DNA of 64,000 bases from Takakia lepidozioides. Lineage: Eukaryota > Plantae > Bryophyta. This document shows, in pieces, positions 51,766 to 62,899 of this stretch. Position 1 is the first letter of the stretch; each line of letters begins with the position of its first letter. The notes under the pieces are model-generated. The model was not told where the DNA came from and searched no databases. It was given only the letters and a program-made list of their open reading frames with translations. The position numbers and the translations under genes were made by a program. The stretch spans positions 31,620,001-31,684,000 of the forward strand of contig CM060733.1 in the NCBI GenBank assembly GCA_030704615.1, written 5' to 3'.

Positions 51766-52331
51766 TGTTGGGACAAACACAATGTAGAAACAATAAAGCT
51801 AGCACTACATTTGACTATCTAACAAGGAGGAAAGCTCGGCTTAAGTACTATACTGCAGAGGGAAGTGAAGTAATTAGAGGGTCAGTGTCAACTAATGACT
51901 GTTACTGGCGGCTTGATTAAATTTACGAAGAGAGCCATCTAGTAATTAATCCTGCTGAACCAGAGCCTTCTAGTGATAATACTACTGGCAATAGACAATC
52001 TGTCATCTACCAGGGTATGGTGTCCCACGATGAGAGTGGACTGTACCAACACCCCCTCTCATTCTCATAAGGTCCTCCCTCTTTCAAACAGTAACTCTAG
52101 CCATGGCAGCTTAACTTATCAATCCTCTTGAAAGAATGAAATCTTCGATACTCTCAAGGCTTGTCCAAAATCTTTGGCACGGCCACCACCAGTAGCACTT
52201 GAACCTTCAGTAGCCTTTCTTCCGATGGACGTTCTATTCCCGATGCTGGCTTAGGATGAGATCTATTGTGACATAGAGGCTTATCCTGAGTGGTACAAGT
52301 TGTAAAGGAAAGTGCTACAGACTTTTCAACA
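51766..52331 (-). mobile_element. Probable 3' LTR of the minus-strand copia remnant
   Basis: TGTTG...CAACA termini, directly downstream of copia RNase H on the minus strand. No clear PPT or TSD. Confidence 0.45.
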
Positions 52332-52384
52332 GAGGTCAAATATCCACTTTCTTACAAGAGACAGAAGAGCTATGGATAGATCAG

Positions 52385-52960
52385 TTAGTTTTTAAGAAGT
52401 GGAGACCTATTTTGTAGATCCACTACTTGTTGAATCAGGCCAAGGGCTTCTCTAAAATAATGTGTAAATTTCTGTTTCCCTAAAGGCTTAGTAAAAATGT
52501 CTACAAGTTGATTTTTGGAGGAAATATGGTCTAGATCTATTTTCCCACTTAATACATTCTCTCTAATAAAGTGGTAAAGGATTTTTGTATGTTTTGTCCT
52601 TGCATGAAAGACTGGGTTGTTTGCCATTTTGATTGCACTGGAATTATCGCACCAGATATGTGTCACCTTACCAATGAGTAGACCCAACTTGTGAGTTAGA
52701 GTTTGTAGCCAAACTGACTCTTGGGCTCCTTCCGTAACAGCTCGATACTCTCTGCTTCAGTCGAGGTTGAAAGAAATTGCCAGATGTCGCTTGCTTGACC
52801 AGGAGATAGGTGACCCACCAAGTCGAAAGACGTACCCTGCAGTAGACCTTCTAGTTTCTCATGCCCAGTCAGCATCCACAAACCCATCTAATTCAATTTT
52901 CCCATCACATAGAACAGTAATCCGTAGTCCACCATCCCCTTTAGATATCTAAATATCTTT
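52385..52960 (-). mobile_element. Ty1/copia RNase H remnant
   Basis: LSTSTEAE; WCDNSSAIKMANNPVFHARTKH..YHFIRE..NQLVDIFTKPL. Confidence 0.93.
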
Positions 52961-52984
52961 CATGTGAGGCTTCTATGGTTCAGC

Positions 52985-53612
52985 CATCTATCTCATCTTG
53001 ATGTGAAGACAACATTCTTGAACGGGAACCTAAAGGAGGAGGTCTACATGTTGCAGCCTCAAGGATTTGTGGTACAAGGGAATGAAGACAAGGTTTGTAA
53101 ATTGCTTAAGGTGTTCTATGGACTAGAACAGGCTCCGACTAGAGCTTGGTACGAGGTGAGCAAGGAGCAGGGGCTGAAACGAAGTAACGCTGACCACAAC
53201 CTCTACTACATGCAGGAGGAAGATAAGTTGATCATTCTGATTATTTATGTTGATGACTTATTGTTGACATGAAATCATGAGGAGAAAATCAATTGGTTGA
53301 CCCAATAACTTGTGAGAACGTTTAATATGTCTCAGCTGGGTACACTCGAACTCTACCTCCACATTGAATTTCTCTCTTTTCAGAATGGAATCTTCATGAC
53401 CCAAAGAGGCTATATTCAATCAATGTTGAAAGAGCTGGGCTTGAGTGAATGCAACACAAGTCCAACACCAATGGCTGGAGAACTGTAAGCTTGTCTCAAA
53501 CACGGGAGAGGAATTGGCAATGCACCCCTCTATCAGAAAATGGTGGGGAAGTTGATATATCTAACAAACACACGCCCAAATATTTGCTTTGCTATTGGTG
53601 TTGTCAACAAGT
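52985..53612 (+). mobile_element. Ty1/copia RT remnant (C-terminal part)
   Basis: HLDVKTTFLNGNLKEEVYMLQPQGF..YGLEQAP..YVDDLL..MVGKLIYLTNTRPNI. Confidence 0.93.
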
Positions 53613-53889
53613 CTGTGGAACCATCGGATTCCCTCTCGCGTGACCGTTACACAAATGTCATTCCCTCATTAGTGCACCTGCCAGCCATTATGGGACAGCT
53701 GTTCGTCTGCAATGTAGTTTTCAAAGCTTCACGTGTGTCACCCTAAATGAACCATGTGTCGTTTTTTTGAAGGGTTTCATTAATTGAATGTAACAACGTC
53801 AGTAAATTAGGAATAAAAAATTAGTTGGTTTGACTGCTCCTAGGCAATTTTCTGGAATATGCATATGTTGAAAACATGGGGCCATCTGG

Positions 53890-54260
53890 CGCACAAAAGT
53901 TGTTGCCATCTCAAATAGTGAAGAACCTGTCAACTTTCAAGAAGCTACTCGCGATCACAATTATTGCAAGGCGATGCAGGAAGAGATGGATTCTATTAAA
54001 GAAAACAGAACTTGGGAACTTGTGGATTTGCCTCCATGGAAGCGGCCCATTTCTTGTAAATGGATATACAAGGAGAAGAAAGTTGCAGATGGTGCTCATG
54101 TCAAGCACAAGGCTCGACTGGTAGCACAAGGCTCGACTGGTGGCACGCGGCTACGAGCAAAGGGAGGGAATAGATTGCGTTGAGACGTTTGCACCAGTGG
54201 TCAAATGGGGGACCTTACGTATTGTGGTTGCTCTTGCCGCAAAGAACAAATGGAACATTC
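53890..54260 (+). mobile_element. Ty1/copia RT remnant (N-terminal part)
   Basis: [54 protein letters not shown]. Confidence 0.93.
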
Positions 54261-54277
54261 TTACGAGTCAACAGAAA

Positions 54278-55453
54278 GTGATGGTCGGTACCAACCATCA
54301 CAATGTAGTCACAGTGATTTTGCTTTGCAGCACTCTGTTTCTTGTGGGCTACAGTAGTGGATTGTGATTGTGGGCACCGCCAATCGCTGTTCTTTTATCA
54401 ATTGCCAAATCTTTCATGTGTGAACAATCTGAATTCCACATTCTTTGTGCCAGATGTAAGTGATGGTCGGTACCGACCATCACTATGAAGTCATATTGAT
54501 TTGCTTTGCATTCCTCTGTTTCAGGTTTTCCAGAGTAGTTGTTTGTGATTGGTGGTACCGCCAATCACTGTTTTTTGAGACCATACTGTACTTGCATGTG
54601 TAAAAAATTTGCATTGCACATTCTTATGAGACAAGAGATAGTGATGGTCTATAACGACCATCACAATGGAGTCATACTGATTTTCTTTGCAGCACTCTAT
54701 TTCTTGTTTTGTGCAGCAGTGAGAAGTGATTGTCGGTACTGCCAATCGCTTTCATTTGAAAACTTAGATTTTTCTCCATTTAGACAATTTGCATTCCACG
54801 TTCTTTCTGATACAAAAGAAAGTGATTGTCGGTGCCGAAAATCACTATGAGGTCATATTGATTTGCACCAAACTCATCTTATCAGTTTTTCTAGGGTAGA
54901 TGTTTCTGATTGTCGTTACCACCATTCGCTGCTCCTTGAGACCTTACTGTACCTGCATGCGTAGAAAGAGAGTGTACCGACCATCACTATGCAGTCATAG
55001 TGATTTGGTTTGCATTCGTTTGTTTCAGGTTTGCTAGAGCAGATGGTTGTGATTGTCGGTACCGCCAATCACTGTTATTTGAGACCTTACTACACCTGCA
55101 TGCGTAAAAAAAATATGCGTTGCAGATGATTATGAGACTAGACAGACTGATGGTCAATACCGACCATCACTATGCAGTCATAGTGATTTGGTTTGCCAAA
55201 TTCTGTTTATTGTTTGCTACAGATACTGTTTGTGATTGTCGGTACCACCAATCGGTTTTCCATGAAAACTTAGAGTACTTTCAGTTGTAAACAAGCTGCA
55301 TTCAACATTTTTATCACTTTGAAGTCATTGTGATTTGCCACACATTCCCCCACATCGCTCCTCTCCACTAACAAATTGTTTTGCCTGTGTAAGCAAACTA
55401 CATCGCACATTATTTTGAAACATTATACTGTGATTGTCGGTGCCGACCATCAC
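54278..55453. repeat. Array 1 of a 24-bp palindrome (GTGATGGTCGGTACCGACCATCAC), alternating ~85/96-bp spacing with higher-order repeat structure
   Basis: Copies at 54278, 54364, 54460 (perfect), 54545, 54641, 54726, 54822, 54906, ~54972 (partial), 55049, 55147, 55232, 55430. Alternate spacers are homologous. Confidence 0.93.
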
Positions 55454-57304
55454 TATTTGCACATATCTGACTGTCTGATTGGCATGGCCTTGTGCAAAAA
55501 ACTATGAAGACCAAGCTGACAGGAACAGAGGCAAAAGGTTTTGGAGATGAGGACGACTCTGCGAAGAGTTCGGAGAATAGCGAAGACATCGATGAACCTG
55601 AAGTACACTACCTTGACAAGGTGAAAGAACTCATGTCATTCCAGAAGGTAAACTCCCAGGAGGTTATTAGGGACATGATCACCTCTGGAGGACGTCTTGA
55701 CATCCCTCTCTGCCGGATGATATCTATGTAGGCCTGTTGTGCGTCCTCCACTTTCCCATGACATTACAAAGTTGGAAACTGATTTCGTGCATGGATACAC
55801 ACTTGATGCACAAGTTTTTTACATGTCACTGACGGATACAAAAGGGAAAAGCACATTAGTGTCTCCGGAGATCACCGACACCTGGGATGACTGCTGGAAA
55901 GATGTTAAAGAGGAGTTCGAGCTGGGCCTGATGATGGGAAATAACACCCAACAATTTTGCAACCACATGTTCTATGTTTGGGACGACAACCATCGTTTGC
56001 TGGCATGGATGGGATACATTCAGAAAACATCATTCAAAAGACAAAGACAAGCATGTTGCTATGTAGGCAATGGTTCTGGATCCTGGAAACAACATCGCGA
56101 GGCTTTTTACAGTTATGCACAACGGGAACAAGTAAGTCATCCTAGAGATTCCATTGTCTCTTGAATGTCTTGTTCATCCCACCAAAAATTGATGTTTACC
56201 AATGCATTGTTTTTACTCGTTTTGCAGATCGACAGAGAAATCGCATGTGACAACTAGCTTGGTCCACACACTTTTCCGAATTCAGAGAATTGGTCTGATG
56301 AAGCTGGATGATTTTTCGCTTAGTACTCCATCCTGATGTAATCCAGAAGTGCGAAACAGGAAGAGCTGCAGGCACTTGGTATTCTTTGACTCGAGAGGCG
56401 TTTCTGGACTACATGTATGCGGTAAGGCCGAACCTATACTCACTTGTCTTTTTCAAAACATTTTTCTAATTCATTTTTTCTTATCCCTACTTTGATATAT
56501 GCAGCAAGAACTGGAGGCCGCTCTGGAGGGGAATCCGAATATTACTGCACTACAACAGAAGAACTTAGGACATCAAAGGTGTGGAGGCAACAATAAAGAA
56601 AGAGTATGAAATCCGGAGAACGAAACTGATGTCCGTCTTCTTGAAGCAACTTAGAATAGTGGATCTCGGCCTTGGGGAGGAGTTTCTTCTGCATATCAAA
56701 GCTCACTATGACAAACATGTGCACCCGGAGACGCAGCAGGAGAAATTGCACCGGCTGGCTATCTCAATGGTTGACCCCCAGACCAAAATTAGATGGCTGG
56801 AGATTTGGAACTCAGATCAGACAGTGAAGGATTTGAATCAATTTCCTAAAAGCACAATCCATCCTGACACAAAGGTGGAGGGAATCAGTGACATTGTGTT
56901 TGACAACTGGCTTCACAAGGCCACATTTTGGAGTCAGATGTGTATTTAATGAAGTTCCATCTTTCGTGACTTCATGAATCTAATGACTTTCTTATTTGGA
57001 AAACTGATAGATGTACCCTTTGCAGCTGGAGAAGCACGCCATTTTTGTGCTCGAGCAGAATTTGAAGGACTTGAATATTTCCATTGTTTCCCCGCCTCAA
57101 ATGACATTGGAGGCATACATCAGGAAGTGGAGAGGTCCCACTTGGCGATATTATTTTTTCCAAGAGTTTTCGAAGGATGGTAACATATTGCGGTCCAACG
57201 ATTTTGATAGTCAGGTTGGGGAGAGTGGGCCATGATGCGAGTTGTGTGCAGGTGCAATGTCCAACTGGAAATTGTGTTGTCTCTTGTGAGAAATCCTTAG
57301 GCTT

Positions 57305-57800
57305 TGTTAGCAGTGTTCTTCACTGATAGGAAGTGAATGTCGATGCCGACATTCACTTCCATTGCTGTGAGTTTCTACAGATAGAGATTTCATTCACATT
57401 TATTATGGAACTTAGGTTGTGTTGGCAGTGTTCTTGACAAGAATTTGGTGAATGTCGGTGCCGACCATCACATCCAGAGCTGTTGTGAGCTTCTATAGAG
57501 AGAGATTTCTTGTACGTTTTGTAGGGCACATTGGCACTTAGGCAGTGTTATTCACATGAATGTTTTGAATGTCGGTGCCGACGTTCACTTTGAGTGTTGT
57601 GGGCTTCTACAGAGAGAGATTGCTGGGTAGTGAAATTTCCATGCAGAACACACAGGAAAACAAGTGGTTTGTAAATTGTAACCTCATTTTCTTGGTCGAT
57701 TATTTCATTCTGTAGTACTGCTGTCTGGATCCAGTGTACTGGTTTGCATATCCATGAAACGTACTCTCTTTCATGAATGTGATTGTCGTCACCGACACTT
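57305..57800. repeat. Array 2 of the same palindrome in a different ~116-bp unit
   Basis: GTGAATGTCGRTGCCGAC..TCAC at 57333, 57448 and 57565; degenerate copy at 57779. Flanks GCAGTGTT.TT and TTCTA.AGA.AGAGATT. Confidence 0.88.
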
Positions 57801-57892
57801 AGAAATGACTTCTTTCTGACTTCACGCTTTGGTGGGTTGTTGTTTCACGGTTCACAGGTACACAAAATATGTGCTTATGGATGAAAATCACC

Positions 57893-58165
57893 TCAGCGGT
57901 ATCCCTGATTAACGGGATTGTAAAACCATATCTGCGGTTGAGGACTTTCGAATGGCCTGTACAATCCCAGGAGAACCCATGGGTCTCGAGCTTCACAAGC
58001 CCGAGAGTAGGCATCCATAAAAGTCTGGGAAAGTAACATTTCGTCCCAGTTCTTATGCACACATCGGAATCTGCAGAAACTGTCGGGCGGCAACCAAGCA
58101 AATACCCTCTCCCTCAATTCATCGGGCAGCGTGCCCCACCGATTTGGATCCAACTCTTCGGACAT
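57893..58165 (-). CDS. Short F-box-only ORF (90 aa), antisense inside the ParB-MTase-like gene
   Basis: ATG-initiated open frame LDPNRWGTLPDELRERVFAWLPPDSFCRFRCVHKNW..LLS..F, a plant F-box motif; no kelch repeats follow. Confidence 0.7.
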   Translation of the reverse strand: MSEELDPNRWGTLPDELRERVFAWLPPDSFCRFRCVHKNWDEMLLSQTFMDAYSRACEARDPWVLLGLYRPFESPQPQIWFYNPVNQGYR

Positions 58166-60399
58166 TGTCTCAGTCCGAATTCTTGTAGCATTCGCCTGAA
58201 TTCAGGCCTCCAGCCTCAATATTCTCACAAAGCACAACCACAACCACGCACAATTTAGGGTTCGGAATATAGATTTGTTGATTGCCTGTTTGAAACTGGC
58301 ACTGGTATTTAATGATGGAAATCTCCCAGGCATTTGTTGTACCCACATGTGGTCGGATCCTGACAACGATCCAACCATGTACAATGCAGGGATATTGAGG
58401 AACAGGAGTCCTGCACACTTCAGGGACTGTGGTTCGTACCTAGACTGCCCTCCTAAGCACACGACGTTTCAAGAGTAGCAAATGAAATATTTGAACAATC
58501 ATGCTGAGATGCTGGCACCTCTGAACGACGAGGAATACCAAAAAAAATATTGCAGCATTGGCTGCCAAGGAGTCGGACGTGCAGGAAACAACCCAGAAGG
58601 GCAAGAAGGGGGGGCGCAAGACCAAAGACAAGGATGCAAAGGGTTCTGATGGCATAGCCAAGTCACCTATGAAGACAAAGGATACAGACAAGTCAAAGGA
58701 GAAGGAAAAGGAAAAGGAAAAGGGAAAGATGAAGAAGAAAGAGAAGGAAAAGGAAAAGGAAAATGATTTCACCGCCGGGAGGTATACCCGCACAATTCAA
58801 TGCGTGTTCGATGCCAGGCCACACCCTTCCCGTGCGGATTTGGCAGGGGAGATTAAGATTGTCAATGAGGGATGACTGGCGATGATGGAGAGTTGGAAGA
58901 AATGATACATTGGGGTGCCTTCGCCTACTTGGGATAACCTATTTCCTTAATCTGTTGGGAATTTCACTTTCTTTCCTGTGCATTTGTAAGTGACATTGGC
59001 AATATTGATCTTTGTTTCTTTTCAAACATTCTTCTCTTCGTTCTTACATTGAACATGTATGTCGTAGGTGAGCATTGGTCCCTCCTCCCTGTGCAGTGTG
59101 TAGAAAACATTTGCTGTTGATATGGTCATTCTTGACATCCCGGACGGCCAGGCTGTTCCAGATGTTCTTCCAAAGGGCAAGACGCCAAGCTGGAACAAAT
59201 TCGATAACAACTACTGGAGTTGGGTATTCGGGTTCTGCAATAATTTTCTTTATGATGCAGGGACACTTCTGCTCTTTCAGTCATGTGACAATGATAGTCG
59301 TCGGGCATGGGCATCATACCTGAAGTCCTCTGGGTTTGAAGTTCTGCGCACATGGAATTGTGTGAACATCCTCTACCTTGTGAAGGGGTGTTGTCTTGGA
59401 CAGCTGGTATGACGCCTCCCTCTTGATTGTGCTTTCATGCTGCGTTTCAGTGTTCTCTGCAGCGAAACTCTTGAAGAATCTATGATGATCGGCACCGATC
59501 ATCACAAATACTTGACAGATCAGTTTGTTGCATGCCTATGTTTTGTTTGTTCAATCTACAAACTTCCACAATTATTTGTGTTTGGCACCCTAGTCTTCAG
59601 TCTTTGCCAGACGAGGATGTTTGAGGCAATTTGCCTGCGGAGGATTCGCACCTCAAAGACACCATCCTTCGTCCGCAACTTTGAGATTTCTGACCAGGGG
59701 TGTTTCATCAACCCTCCGTATGAGCCGCATGTCAATGACATGTTGTACAACTTCATGTAGTCCAATCAGACTCTCAAGAGACCAGATGACACTCACTGGA
59801 GAGGTGCAAAGGAAAAAACCCCAGCGTTCATATACACTATTGGAGTCATGCAACCACCATTCTGCACGGGTGGTCGACCTCTCAGTATCCACAAGTTCGT
59901 TCTCGCCCTTCAGATTTAGTTTTCTTTCACCAGTTTTCTTGCCCCCCCCTCCAACCTGTTCATGTCCTCATGTCTGGGGCAGGAGCAACTTACCATGCAT
60001 GCAAGGCAGGCGGAAGAACCCTTTTTGGCATGGAGGGTGACTCTGACCTATACAAGAATGTGCTCCTCCCCCTTCTGTCTGGCTCTACGTCAGGCACACA
60101 GATTGAAAACATTCAAATCCGGAATGATGAGGATCCAGAAGTTAAGCAGGTCGACAACGACTTTTCATGTGAGTAAGTCTGCTTGAAGTCTGCCATTGAC
60201 TTCTCATTCCTTTTTGGGCTCAATGTAATACCCAAACTTCATCTTATGAGTAGTTTCATTCTTCTTGTTGTGGCATGCAGGAAAGGCAGCTATGGGTCTT
60301 CAGCTGTGAAGAAAATAAGTGACGAAGCAAGAGTCTTCTCAAAGAGATCAGCTGCTAGGGCGTGGGAAATTCCGCCGTGAGAGTTTTCTCTTTTCAGGT

Positions 60400-60790
60400 C
60401 TACCGCAAGGATTTGATGATTGCCCCAAGCAGGAAATGTGAAAGAGGTCCTTTGTTCACGGGGCATTGTCACCAATAGTGACCTAGCTTGCCACATTTGT
60501 GGCAGACTCATTGATTCGCGCCCTCACCGTGGATATTGCGGTTGTACCCTCCAAAACGCCGATTCTTGAGAAGAGATCGGAATCTGACCATCGAAGCTTC
60601 CGTCATTGTGGTGACGTCGATTTGTGATGGATTGTCAGCTCTCCTCCAACTGAAGTCTGACAATGAGTTCCTCGTAGGTTGGGAGCTCTTTCTCACTTCC
60701 GATCACACTGACCAAGGTGACAAAGTTATCCGGGAGAGCATTAATATTGGTCTCCACGATGATATCATCATAAGGCAGTTCGTCAACTAT
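60400..60790 (-). mobile_element. Ty1/copia gag remnant
   Basis: Minus-strand translation IIVETNINALPDNF..LPTYEELIVRLQLEE and zinc knuckle CHKCGKLGHYW*QCP. Confidence 0.8.
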
Positions 60791-61559
60791 AGGCCAATTT
60801 CCAAAAATAGGAATTTTTTTTTTTTGTATATTACGGAAATTCGCAGTCGTTTTGACGATTGCGGGTTGGACCCCCCGGGGACATTTTTATTAATTGTAAC
60901 CCATATGGTACTATTTCTTAATTACAATGACACGCGTCAAATTGCTATATAGTAAACAAGACTTTCTTATTCCTGATCATGTTAAAGATATGACGAGTGA
61001 GTGAAATTTGAGGGCTGACGGACGCGATATAGCTCCCCATTGCGCGGTGTGAGGGTCTTAGGGAGTTAGCTTTTTCTGTGAGGGTCTTAGGGACTTGGTT
61101 TTTTCTAGAAGCTTCGTGCTTCCTTTGCCCCGTCTTGCAGCCCTTTGTTTCTGTTCTCCTCGTAATGCGCGCTTTTTCTTCCTGTTTGTAGTCGCTGTGG
61201 GGTTCAATCCGCGCTTCTTAGGTTTAGTTTGTGTCCCGCCTCATTGTTTCTGGTTTACTGGGCATCCTTGAAGTTGCGGCTTGTTTTCGTTATGCCCTCT
61301 CAGCTGCATCGTGGTGGTTTTCACAAACCAAGCTGGCGTTACCTGACTACAGACACAAGCAGCACACAGGAGAGGTCCTTTTGGGTTGATGGTCCGGAAA
61401 AATCCTCCATAGGTCATGGCACAAGGTCGAGGACGTGGTGGTGAGGGCACCTTCTTCTTCAACCTATTTCGGCCTGTTTTGCCCTCTCATCAGACTCGAC
61501 CCTAAGATGCATATTGAATTTGTAAGTTAGCTCGTTGTGTGGATCTGTGGTGGTTTGGG

Positions 61560-62850
61560 GTGACTTTGACAAGTTTGGCAGCAAGAAAGTATCCAAAAAC
61601 AGATAATAGAGATGAGGAGAAGCGTTGGAATCAACACTTCTCCAACCCTAGTCAATGGTGGGACAATGGAGACAAAAAGATGAATGCCCGTTGGACTACA
61701 GAGAGAAGCATATGCAATTCAAAATTGGAACTACTATAATAAGTAGGGTTGGGGTGCTTGCTGGAAGAACTTCACGTCGTCAATGTCAGCTGCTAGCAGC
61801 AAGGCTGAGGATGTATTCATGATTTGTACACACACAGGGATAGCGTAAGGACCAGGGATGGAGGTCCAGATTCATCCAAGAGGGCCGGATTTCAAACACA
61901 AGATTAATTCTGATTCCTTGTGGAAGAAATCTATGTGAATAGATGGTCAACTGGAAACGGCAACGGCATCAGCACAATTGATATAACAACGCACTGCTAA
62001 TGAAGGCACCTTCTTCAACATTTCAACCTATTTTTCGGGCTGTTATCAGGGTCGGCCCTAAAATTTCATGTTGAATTCTGCAAGTTAATTTGCAAGTTAC
62101 CTCGCAAAGCAAAGGCGTGGGATGAGGCTTTGGAGACTTGTCAGCAAATGATGCGAGAAAGGATGGAGCCTAGGCCAGTCACATTCGTTTGTGTTTGCAA
62201 TGCGCGTGCAATCCTGACAGCCATGGAACATGGGGAAGAGGTCCATGGTGGCATCATCAATGCTGGGATTGTATCAGATGCAATCTTACCAATGCCCTGG
62301 TGGACGTGTATACCAAATGCGGGTGCATGAAGGATGCATTAAAGGGGGTGTTGGGCAGTGTGGCTGAACGGAATGTGGTGTCGTAGAGCGTGATGGTGGC
62401 ATGCTATAAGCGCTACAAGGGCAGTGGAGGGAGGCTTTGGAGACCTCTGAGCACATGTGCAAGCTTGGCAGCCCTGGAAAATGGAGAAGAGGTCCACGGT
62501 GGCATCGTCAAAGCTGGGATTGTATCAGATGTCAATCTGACCAGTGTCATGGTGGACATGTATGCCAAATGCGGGTGCATGAAGGATGCATGAAAGGGGG
62601 TGTTGGGCAGTGTGGTTGAACAAATTGTGGTGTCGTAGAGCGTGATGGTGGCATGCTATAAGCACTACAAGGGCAGCAGAGGGAGGCTTTGGAGACCTCT
62701 GAGCACATGTGCAAACTTGGCAGCCCTGGAAAATGGAGAAGAGGTCCACGGTGGCATCGTCAAAGGTGGGATTGTATCATATGTCAATCTGACTAGTGCC
62801 GTGATGGACATGTATACCAAATGCAGGTGCATGAAGGATGCATTGTCGAT
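61560..62850 (+). pseudogene. PLS-class PPR pseudogene with N-terminal PDF (OSB-type) motif
   Basis: EEKRWNQHFSNPSQWWDN.DKK.NAR (61614-61691), ~190-bp interruption, then PDFKHKINSDSLW (61885-61923). PLS motifs GEEVHGGI..GI.SDV.L...VDMY.KCG.MKDA..RNVVS follow, with stops. Confidence 0.8.
62215..62845 (+). repeat. ~243-bp tandem triplication of a PPR segment
   Basis: GAAGAGGTCCAYGGTGGCATC at ~62235, ~62486 and ~62738. Confidence 0.85.
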
Positions 62851-62899
62851 CATTTTTTTAAAATTCTAATTAAAACAACGTCTTCCATATACATTAGTG

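Larger units (their letters stand above)
55492..60380 (+). pseudogene. Spliced ParB/Srx-like + beta-class N6A/N4C DNA methyltransferase-like gene, decayed, probably transposon-borne
   Basis: N-terminal RLDIPLCRM..VRPPL..DI.KLE.DF..GY..MFYVWDDNHRLLAW (ParB-like DGNHR). C-terminal exons 59068-59406, 59611-59894, 59983-60172, 60281-60380 read VDMVILDIPD..FLYDAGTLLLF..GFEVLRTW..FEAICL..WRGAKEKTP..LLES..RVVDLSVST|xATYHACKAGGRTLFGMEGDSDLY. GT-AG introns; several stops and frameshifts. Confidence 0.7.

Noticed and set aside
54278-55453. CRISPR array
   Set aside because: Spacers are 60-72 bp and homologous to one another, repeats are degenerate, no cas genes are present and the context is eukaryotic.
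58440-58793. Phe/Ser-rich minus-strand ORF
   Set aside because: Shadow of the K/E-rich linker exon on the + strand.
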